In this document: positions 11,858 to 19,528 of the stretch, piece by piece
Numbering within the stretch: the stretch's first letter is position 1
Layout: the number at the start of each line of letters is the position of its first letter
Source of the DNA: an uncultured Rhodocyclaceae bacterium
GTDB taxonomy: Bacteria > Pseudomonadota > Gammaproteobacteria > Burkholderiales > Rhodocyclaceae
Direction: 5' to 3'
Length of the DNA: 38,201 bases
Assembly: GCA_964500425.1 (NCBI GenBank)
Contig: CAZCPD010000003.1
Span: 1 to 38,201, forward strand
Translations under genes and position numbers: made by a program
Notes under the pieces: generated by a model
What the model saw: only the letters and a program-made list of their open reading frames with translations
Database searches by the model: none
Told to the model about the DNA's origin: nothing

Positions 11858-13066
11858 ATGCGCGCTGCCGACCTGATTCGCTTCGCCCGCGACGCGGCGC
11901 TCGGCAGCCCGCTGCGTACCTCGTTGCTGGTGTTGGCGATTTCAATCGGTGTGGCCGCTGTCGTGACTCTGACAGCGCTGGGTGATGGCGCGAGACGCTA
12001 TGTGCTGCACGAGTTTTCATCGCTCGGCACCAATCTCGTGATTGTGCTGCCGGGCCGTACCTCGACCGGCGGCTTCAATCCGGCCAACGCGATTACCGGT
12101 ACGCCGCGCGACTTGACGATTGCCGATGCTCAGGCCTTGCTGCGCTCACCGTCGATTCAGCGCGCGGCGCCTCTCGCGATCGGCAATTCTGAAATTGGTA
12201 TCGACGGCAAGCTGCGTGAAACCCTAGTCCTCGGAACGACGTCACAATACATCCAGATCCGCCCTTTGGAAATTGCTCAGGGGCGTTTTCTTTCGAACGA
12301 AGACTGGAATCGCGGTCAGCCCGAGGTCGTCATCGGCGCCACCATCCGCAAGGAACTCTTCGGCGCCGAGCCTGCGCTCGGCAGGCTGGTGCGGATCGGC
12401 GGCCGGCGGTTTCGGGTGGTAGGCGTGTTCGAACCGAGCGGCCAGTCCTTGGGTACCAACACCGATGAAGTCGTGATGATCCCGGTGGCCCTTGCGCAAT
12501 CCATGCTCAATAGCAATACGCTGTTTCGCATCTTCATCGAAGCCAAGAACCGCGAATCGATCGAGAGTTCAAAGGCGCAGGCGCTGGAAATCATCAAGCA
12601 GCGCCATGAGGGGGAGGAAGACGTCACCGTCATTACCCAGGATGCAGTGCTACAGACCTTCGACCGGCTGCTGACCGCACTGACCCTCGGCGTCGCCGGC
12701 ATTTCTGCGATCAGCCTGGCAGTGTCGGGCATTCTTGTGATGAACGTCATGCTGGTCTCTGTTGTTCAGCGCACCTCAGAAATTGGCTTGCTCAAGGCAC
12801 TGGGAGCCACGCATCGTAATATCGAACTCGCTTTTTTGACCGAGGCGACCATTCTGTCGCTGGCTGGCGCCATTGTCGGCTATCTGCTTGGACAACTGGG
12901 CGCCGCCGTCATCCGCCATTTCTATCCGGCTTTCCCAGCATATCCGCCCGATTGGGCGGTCCTTGCCGGTCTTGGCACCGCGCTTGCCACCGGCATCCTG
13001 TTCGGCGTGGCGCCGGCGCGCAACGCGGCCTCGCTTGACCCTGTCACGGCGCTCGCCAAGCACTAA
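11858..13066 (+). CDS. MacB/FtsX-family ABC permease
   Basis: ISIGVAAV, LGTN, VMNVMLVSV.QRT.EIGLLKALGA, PARNAASLDPV.AL. Confidence 0.92.
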   Translation: MRAADLIRFARDAALGSPLRTSLLVLAISIGVAAVVTLTALGDGARRYVLHEFSSLGTNLVIVLPGRTSTGGFNPANAITGTPRDLTIADAQALLRSPSIQRAAPLAIGNSEIGIDGKLRETLVLGTTSQYIQIRPLEIAQGRFLSNEDWNRGQPEVVIGATIRKELFGAEPALGRLVRIGGRRFRVVGVFEPSGQSLGTNTDEVVMIPVALAQSMLNSNTLFRIFIEAKNRESIESSKAQALEIIKQRHEGEEDVTVITQDAVLQTFDRLLTALTLGVAGISAISLAVSGILVMNVMLVSVVQRTSEIGLLKALGATHRNIELAFLTEATILSLAGAIVGYLLGQLGAAVIRHFYPAFPAYPPDWAVLAGLGTALATGILFGVAPARNAASLDPVTALAKH

Positions 13067-13074
13067 GGACGTCG

Positions 13075-14277
13075 ATGAGGCTCAATGACAGCATTTTGCT
13101 TGCAATGCGCGCCATCACCGCGCAGCGTCTGCGCAGCTTTCTGACGTTGCTTGGTATCGCCGTGGGCATCGCCGCTGTGATCCTGCTGACGTCAATCGGC
13201 GAGGGCATTCATCGCTTCGTGCTTGGCGAGTTCACCCAGTTCGGCACGAATACCATTTTCATCTCGCCGGGCAAGACCAAGACGGGTGGCCAGCATACCA
13301 GCGGCATTCCCAGTTCAGTGCGGCCGCTGACCATAGAGGATGCCCGAGCGCTCGAGCATCAGCCCAACGTTCTGGCCGTGACGCCCTGGCTCTGGGGTAA
13401 CTCGGAAGTCAGCGGCAACGGTCGTGTGCGGCGCACCACTCTGTATGGCGTCGGACCTGACATGCCCAAAGTGGTCACGATGGCCGTGAAGAGCGGACAG
13501 TTCCTGCCCCGCGACGAAACTGGCAATGCGCGGTCGCTAGCCGTGCTAGGCGCCAAACTGAAGAAGGAGCTGTTCAGCGACGCCAACCCACTCGGTGCGC
13601 GGATTCGTATCGGCAGCATGCAGTTTACCGTGATCGGTGTGCTCGAAGCTCGTGGTCAGGTGCTCGGCGTCGATGTCGATGACACCCTGTTCATTCCCGC
13701 CGAGCGGGCGATCGAACTATACAATCGGGATGGTCTTGCAGAAATTCGCGTAGCTTATCCCGACACGGCATCGGTGGAAAGCGTCAGCGCCACCGTCAAG
13801 TCCGTGCTCAAGGCGCGCCATGGTCGTGAAGACTTCACGCTGGTTACGCAAGCCGACATGCTGCGTTCGCTTTCGAAGATTCTCAATGTCCTGACCATGG
13901 CAGTCGGCGCGCTCGGCAGCATTTCGCTGCTTGTCGGCGGAGTCGGCATCGTGACCATCATGACCATCGCCGTCAGCGAGCGCACCAGTGAAATTGGTCT
14001 GCTCGTGGCGCTTGGTGCGCCACGGCGAACCATTCTGGGGATCTTCCTTGGCGAAGCCGTGGTGCTGTCCGCCATCGGTGGCCTGTTTGGTCTGGCGATC
14101 GGTTTTGGGTTGGCGCAACTGGTGCATGCCACGGTACCCGCGTTACCGGTACATACCCCGCTGGAGTTTGTCGCCCTCGCCGAAGGTATCGCCGTGACTA
14201 TCGGCCTGCTTGCCGGCGTTCTGCCGGCGCGGCGCGCGGCACGCATGGACGCCGTCGAGGCGCTGCGCACCGAATAG
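13075..14277 (+). CDS. MacB/FtsX-family ABC permease (second paralogue)
   Basis: RSFLTLLGIAVG, ERTSEIGLLVALGA, PARRAARMDAVEALR. Confidence 0.92.
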   Translation: MRLNDSILLAMRAITAQRLRSFLTLLGIAVGIAAVILLTSIGEGIHRFVLGEFTQFGTNTIFISPGKTKTGGQHTSGIPSSVRPLTIEDARALEHQPNVLAVTPWLWGNSEVSGNGRVRRTTLYGVGPDMPKVVTMAVKSGQFLPRDETGNARSLAVLGAKLKKELFSDANPLGARIRIGSMQFTVIGVLEARGQVLGVDVDDTLFIPAERAIELYNRDGLAEIRVAYPDTASVESVSATVKSVLKARHGREDFTLVTQADMLRSLSKILNVLTMAVGALGSISLLVGGVGIVTIMTIAVSERTSEIGLLVALGAPRRTILGIFLGEAVVLSAIGGLFGLAIGFGLAQLVHATVPALPVHTPLEFVALAEGIAVTIGLLAGVLPARRAARMDAVEALRTE

Positions 14278-14401
14278 CGCCATTCCGCCTTGTCATCCGC
14301 TCGATGCGACGCGGGCGGCTCCTGGCTCTTCAGGCTGATAGAATCTTCCCTTTTATTTTCAGGCCGTCAGGTGCGTGCACCGGGCGGCGGAACGAGAACG
14401 C

Positions 14402-15469
14402 ATGAAACCCATCGTCGATGATGTTCGCATCAGTGAAATCAAGGAACTGACCACCCCCGCACACATTCTGCGCGACTTTCCCGTCAGCGAGATCGCCGCG
14501 CAGACCACCGACGCCGCGCGTCGTGGGATACATCGCATTCTCCATGGCGCCGACGACCGCCTGCTGGTGGTCATCGGTCCCTGCTCGATACACGATCACG
14601 ATGCCGCCCTCGAATACGCGCGGAACCTGAAGGCGACCTGCGCGCGCCATGAGGCCGACCTGTTGATCGTGATGCGCGTCTACTTCGAGAAACCGCGAAC
14701 GACGGTGGGCTGGAAGGGGCTCATCAACGACCCGGCGCTCGACGGCAGTTTCAAGATCAATGACGGCCTGCGTCTGGCGCGGCGCATTCTTCTGGAAATC
14801 AACGATCTCGGCTTGTCCTGCGGCACCGAGTTTCTCGACACCATCACGCCGCAATACACCGCCGACCTGATCAGCTGGGGCGCCATCGGAGCCCGCACTA
14901 CCGAGTCGCAGGTTCATCGCGAGCTCGCTTCAGGACTATCCTGTCCGGTCGGTTTCAAGAACGGCACGGATGGCAATGTTCGCATTGCGATCGACGCGAT
15001 CCGCGCCGCTGCCAGTCCCCATCATTTCCTTTCGGTCACCAAGGCTGGTCATTCGGCGATCGTTTCGACGCTTGGCAACGAGGACTGCCATCTGATACTG
15101 CGTGGCGGCAAATCCAGCAACTACGATGCCGCCAGCGTCGATGCTGCCTGCAAGGAATTGGGCGCAGCCGGCATCGCGGCCCGCGCCATGATCGACTTTT
15201 CGCATGCCAACAGCCGCAAGCAATACCAGTTGCAGGCCGAGGTAGCGCGCGATGTCGCCGAGCAGCTTGTCGCCGGCGACGAGCGGATTTTCGGCGTCAT
15301 GGTCGAATCGAATCTCAAGGCCGGTCGTCAGGACATCGTTCCAGGCAAGCCGCTTGAATATGGCGTTTCGGTCACCGATGCCTGCATCGGCTGGGAGGAC
15401 AGCCTCGCGATTCTCGATACGTTGGCCGATGCAGTGCGCCGGCGTCGCTTGGCCGTGGCCGAGCGCTAG
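14402..15469 (+). CDS. aroG: Class I DAHP synthase
   Basis: GPCSIHD, RVYFEKPRTTVGWKG, IGARTTESQVHRE, FKNGTDG, DFSHANS. Confidence 0.95.
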   Translation: MKPIVDDVRISEIKELTTPAHILRDFPVSEIAAQTTDAARRGIHRILHGADDRLLVVIGPCSIHDHDAALEYARNLKATCARHEADLLIVMRVYFEKPRTTVGWKGLINDPALDGSFKINDGLRLARRILLEINDLGLSCGTEFLDTITPQYTADLISWGAIGARTTESQVHRELASGLSCPVGFKNGTDGNVRIAIDAIRAAASPHHFLSVTKAGHSAIVSTLGNEDCHLILRGGKSSNYDAASVDAACKELGAAGIAARAMIDFSHANSRKQYQLQAEVARDVAEQLVAGDERIFGVMVESNLKAGRQDIVPGKPLEYGVSVTDACIGWEDSLAILDTLADAVRRRRLAVAER

Positions 15470-15524
15470 GCCTTAGTCCGTTTTACCTAACCCGTTTCCG
15501 CAACATGACGAAGACGTCCGCGAC

Positions 15525-17024
15525 GTGACGCGCAAGTTCTTTTTCACCCTGCTGGCGGTCACGTTGCTGTTCCGCTTCTGGCTGGCGGCCGTATTGCCGA
15601 TCACCGGCGATGAAGCCTACTTCATCTGGTGGGGCAAGATTCCCGACTGGGGATTTTACGATCATCCGCCGATGATCGGCTGGTGGCTGGCGGCGTTGCT
15701 GAGCGTTTCCGAAGCTGAGTGGTGGCTGCGCTTGCCGGCCGTGCTGCTGCCCGGTGTATTGGCGCTGGCGACCTGGCGAGCCCTGAAAGATCGTTCAGAG
15801 ACGCTGGCCTGGGGTTCAGCCACGCTGGTGCTGCTGGCGCCGTTGAATGTCTGGAACGTCATCGTCACCACCGACACGGCGCTTGTCTATTTCTCGTTCT
15901 TTTCGGTGCTGGCCTTCCTGCGCGCTGCGCGTGACGACGACTGGCGTTTCTATGGGCTGGCCGGTGTGCTGCTCGCCGGAGCTGTGTTGTCGAAGTACTT
16001 CGCGGCCTTGCTGGGCTTTGCCTATCTCTTGCACGCACTGGTGCGGCCGAATCGGCGCAAATGGCAGGGATTGCTGTTCTGCTATGGCGTCGTCGTGCCG
16101 GCGCTGTTGCTGATGGCATGGTGGAATGCCGGGCACTGCTGGCCGAACTACATGTTCAATTTCGTCAACCGCCATGGCGATGCCGGTCTGTCGTGGAAGA
16201 CACCGCTGCTCTACCTTGCGATGATGATCTACGCGCTGACACCGCCGGTGATCTGGCTGCTCGCCAAGCGCCGCGCCGCGCTTGCCGTATTGTGGACCAC
16301 GGGCGAAGGCCGCGCCCTGCTCCTCGTCGCCGGTGCGCCATTGATCCTGTTTGGCGGGCTGTCGCTGATCAAGCAGATTGGCTTGCACTGGGTGCTCTCC
16401 TTCCTGCCGTTTGTTCTGCTCATGTCAGCCGGCATCGTCGCGCCGGTGACGATGCGACGGGTCATGCATTTTTTTGTCGGCTTCGCCGTTCTGCACATGC
16501 TCGTTTTTGCGGTCATATCCCAATTACCGCTGGAAACCTGGCAGCGCATGCGGCTCTACGACGGACTGGTGATGACCTTCGAGTCACAGAAAATTCTCGA
16601 TCAGCTCAAACAGTATGAGCAAGACTATGTTTTCGCCAGCGACGGCTATTCGAACGCCGTGACCATGGGCTATAACGCCCGGCGTTATTTTCCGGTGTTC
16701 GGCGAAGGCTCCAGTCACGCACGTCATGACGATATCCTGACCGATTTCCGTAATCTTGCCGGCAGGAATATCCTGATCCTCAGGAAGACCGCGCCGGCGC
16801 CGGACGAATACGCGAAATATTTCCAGTCGGTCGAACAGCGCAGCTTCAATCTGCGTGGCGCCGATTTTCACATCATCCTCGGTCGCGAATTCGACTACGA
16901 GACATATCGGGACGAAGTACTGGCCAAGGTGCGCCGCAGCTACTACGCGCTGCCGGCCTGGCTGCCGCAGACGGGCTGCTATTTCTGTGACCGCTATTTC
17001 CCGGGGACGCCATGTCGCAAATGA
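15525..17024 (+). CDS. GT-C fold glycosyltransferase (GT39/ArnT/PMT-like)
   Basis: GDEAYF..W, GFYDHPPMIGW, many TM helices, LSKY, soluble C-terminal domain. Confidence 0.85.
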   Translation: MTRKFFFTLLAVTLLFRFWLAAVLPITGDEAYFIWWGKIPDWGFYDHPPMIGWWLAALLSVSEAEWWLRLPAVLLPGVLALATWRALKDRSETLAWGSATLVLLAPLNVWNVIVTTDTALVYFSFFSVLAFLRAARDDDWRFYGLAGVLLAGAVLSKYFAALLGFAYLLHALVRPNRRKWQGLLFCYGVVVPALLLMAWWNAGHCWPNYMFNFVNRHGDAGLSWKTPLLYLAMMIYALTPPVIWLLAKRRAALAVLWTTGEGRALLLVAGAPLILFGGLSLIKQIGLHWVLSFLPFVLLMSAGIVAPVTMRRVMHFFVGFAVLHMLVFAVISQLPLETWQRMRLYDGLVMTFESQKILDQLKQYEQDYVFASDGYSNAVTMGYNARRYFPVFGEGSSHARHDDILTDFRNLAGRNILILRKTAPAPDEYAKYFQSVEQRSFNLRGADFHIILGREFDYETYRDEVLAKVRRSYYALPAWLPQTGCYFCDRYFPGTPCRK

Positions 17025-17899
17025 AGCTGATGCTCCGCCTGTTGCGGCCCCATCAGTGGCTGAAGAATGGCTTCGTCTTCATCGGCCTGCTTTTCGGTCA
17101 CGCCTGGAACGACCCGGTGCGATTGGGGCAGGCACTGCTGGCATTTGTGGCGTTCTCCTTGCTCGCCTCGGGTGTCTATGTGATGAACGACCTGATCGAC
17201 CGCGAGCAGGACCGGCTGCACCCAACCAAGCGGCATCGTCCGCTGGCGAGCGGGGCACTGAATGTGCCGACGGCGCTGGTGCTGATGGCGGCCTGCATTC
17301 TCGGCGGCATGGCGCTGGTGGCGCTCAGCGACAGCCGCGCCGCCTGGGTGTTCTACTGCTACATTGTGCTCAACATCGGCTATACGCTGGGCCTCAAGCA
17401 TGTCGTCGTGCTCGACGTGTTCATCATCGCCTCCGGCTTCATGCTGCGCATACTCGCCGGTACGCAAGGCATCGGCATCGAGCCATCATACTGGCTGATG
17501 CTGTGCAGCCTGATGCTGACGCTGTTTCTCGGCTTCGCCAAGCGTCAGGCGGAGTTCATCGCCCTCGACGAGGACGGGGATGCCGCAGCCCACCGTCGTG
17601 TGCTCGAACACTATTCGCCTGAACTGCTTGGTCATTTCATCACCATCGCCAGCGCTGGCGCGATCATTTCCTACAGCCTGTACACAGTAAGCGCCGAAAC
17701 CATCGCGCTGCACGGTACCAGCAAGCTCATCTATACCGTGCCGCTGGTGATGTACGGCATGTTCCGCTATCTGTTTCTGCTGCACCGGCGCGGCGGCGGC
17801 GGCGACCCGGCACGCCTGCTACTGACCGATGCGCATTTGCTGGCAGCGCTGTTCGGTTGGCTGCTGCTGGTGCTGGGCATACTGCAACGCTGGTTATAA
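17012..17899 (+). CDS. UbiA-family polyprenyl-phosphate phosphoribosyltransferase (DPPR synthase-like)
   Basis: RPHQWLKN, YVMNDLID...DRLHPTKRHRPLASG, GFMLRILAG, LGFAKR, GMFRYL; overlaps the GT gene by 13 nt. Confidence 0.85.
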   Translation: MSQMKLMLRLLRPHQWLKNGFVFIGLLFGHAWNDPVRLGQALLAFVAFSLLASGVYVMNDLIDREQDRLHPTKRHRPLASGALNVPTALVLMAACILGGMALVALSDSRAAWVFYCYIVLNIGYTLGLKHVVVLDVFIIASGFMLRILAGTQGIGIEPSYWLMLCSLMLTLFLGFAKRQAEFIALDEDGDAAAHRRVLEHYSPELLGHFITIASAGAIISYSLYTVSAETIALHGTSKLIYTVPLVMYGMFRYLFLLHRRGGGGDPARLLLTDAHLLAALFGWLLLVLGILQRWL

Positions 17900-17943
17900 T
17901 GCCTGCAGAGGTTGGGTCCGGACCGCCGATGCAGGGGCTTGCG

Positions 17944-18471
17944 ATGACAGCGCAGTACAGCGACGAAAAGAATCCCTTTCCCGATTGCGAGATGCTTGGC
18001 GATGCCATCGGCTTCATCGATTGCATCGACGAAATCATGGATCGCATTTCCCTTTTCGAGGGCTTCGAACGGAGCGATGTGATCGGCGTTGCCCGGCATA
18101 TGCGCTGCTTCCGCGCCCCGGTCGGTCGGGAAATCATACGCGAGGGCGATTCGGGCGAATTCATGCTCTTGCTGCTGCAAGGCAACATCGAGATCATCAA
18201 GGCTGGCGGCGCCGGGCTAGCGCATCGCATCAGCGTGGTGACGCCTGGCGAGACGCTCGGCGAAATGTCCCTCGTCGATGGCGAACCGCGTTTTGCCAGT
18301 TGCCTGGCAATCGACCAGGTCACGTTCGCGGTGCTCGACCGTGAAGGTCTTCAGCAGATTTTTGATGACGAGCCTCATCTGGGGATCAAAATCTTGAGAG
18401 AACTCCTCAAGCTGCTGAATCAGCGCCTGCGTGACACGGGGCAGCGGCTGGTCGAAGCCCTCGACCATTGA
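17944..18471 (+). CDS. Stand-alone cyclic-nucleotide-binding domain protein
   Basis: IIREGD, G.IEI, PGETLGEMSLVDGEPRFAS; no HTH; start may instead be 17929. Confidence 0.85.
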   Translation: MTAQYSDEKNPFPDCEMLGDAIGFIDCIDEIMDRISLFEGFERSDVIGVARHMRCFRAPVGREIIREGDSGEFMLLLLQGNIEIIKAGGAGLAHRISVVTPGETLGEMSLVDGEPRFASCLAIDQVTFAVLDREGLQQIFDDEPHLGIKILRELLKLLNQRLRDTGQRLVEALDH

Positions 18472-18547
18472 GCCGGCATGCCGGCAGCGCCGGGTGCGTC
18501 TTGTTTCGTTCGAATTCCATGTGGCTGGCGTAGAATCCAGAGCCACT

Positions 18548-19528
18548 ATGCGTATCGTTTCTCGTCGCGACTTCATTCTCGGGCTGGCCGGTTTGACGGC
18601 GGCGCCGCTGTTGGCCAGCTGCGGGGCGGGCAAGACCCGGCCATTTTCGGTTGCGGCGCATGTCTGGCCCGGATATGAAACGCTGTTTCTGGCGCGCAAT
18701 CAGGGGTGGCTCGACGACAGGCAGGTGCGCCTCGTCGAAACTCCCTCGGCGACGAGCACCTTGCAGGCGCTGAGCGGAGGCATCGTCGATGGCGCTGCGC
18801 TGACGCTCGACGAAGTGCTGCGTGCTCGTGCGCAAGGTCTGCCGCTCGGCGTGGTTCTGGTTTTCGACATTTCCGCTGGCGCCGACATGCTGCTCGGCAA
18901 ACCCGAGATCAATCGTCTTGCCGAACTCAAGGGCCGCACGATCGGGGTCGAGCGGGGTGGCTCCGGTGCGTTAATTCTGGGCCATGCCCTGCAAGCCGCC
19001 GGGTTAACGACGGCGGACGTGCGCATGGTTTCCCTGGCGCCAGTGGATCAGCACGATGCCTGGCGTCAGGGGCAGCTCGACGCCGTCGTGACCTACGAGC
19101 CTTCGGCCAGCAGACTGTTGGCCAAAGGCGCAGTGCGCCTGTATGACAGCAGCCACATTCCGCGGCTGATCGTCGACGTATTGGCAATTCGTAGCTCGGT
19201 ACTCGAGACTGAGGCCCGTTCGATACGACATCTGCTGGCCGGACACTTCCGCGCGCTGGATTTTCTGCGCAACCAGTTCCGTGACGCCGCAGACCTGATG
19301 GCGCCCCGTTTGCGCCTACATGCGGACGAGGTGCGCCTTGCTTTCAAAGGCATGGAGCTGCCCGGCATCGCCGACAACCGACGCCTGCTGACTGGGCCGA
19401 CGCCCGAGTTATTGACTAGTGCACGCACACTTTCGGGTAGTATGCGGAAAATGGGCTTGGTGTCACGTGAAGACAATTTCGCGGCATTGCTGAATGCCGA
19501 ATATTTGCCGTCCGAAGGAAGTGAATGA
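18548..19528 (+). CDS. SsuA/THI5-like substrate-binding lipoprotein with Tat-type signal
   Basis: SRRDFI twin-arginine motif, LASC lipobox, WPGY, D.SAGAD, LKGRTIGVE, DAVVTYEP. Confidence 0.85.
   Translation: MRIVSRRDFILGLAGLTAAPLLASCGAGKTRPFSVAAHVWPGYETLFLARNQGWLDDRQVRLVETPSATSTLQALSGGIVDGAALTLDEVLRARAQGLPLGVVLVFDISAGADMLLGKPEINRLAELKGRTIGVERGGSGALILGHALQAAGLTTADVRMVSLAPVDQHDAWRQGQLDAVVTYEPSASRLLAKGAVRLYDSSHIPRLIVDVLAIRSSVLETEARSIRHLLAGHFRALDFLRNQFRDAADLMAPRLRLHADEVRLAFKGMELPGIADNRRLLTGPTPELLTSARTLSGSMRKMGLVSREDNFAALLNAEYLPSEGSE

Noticed and set aside
14291-14297. TTGTCAT Pho half-site upstream of aroG
   Set aside because: Single half-site with no 11-bp partner
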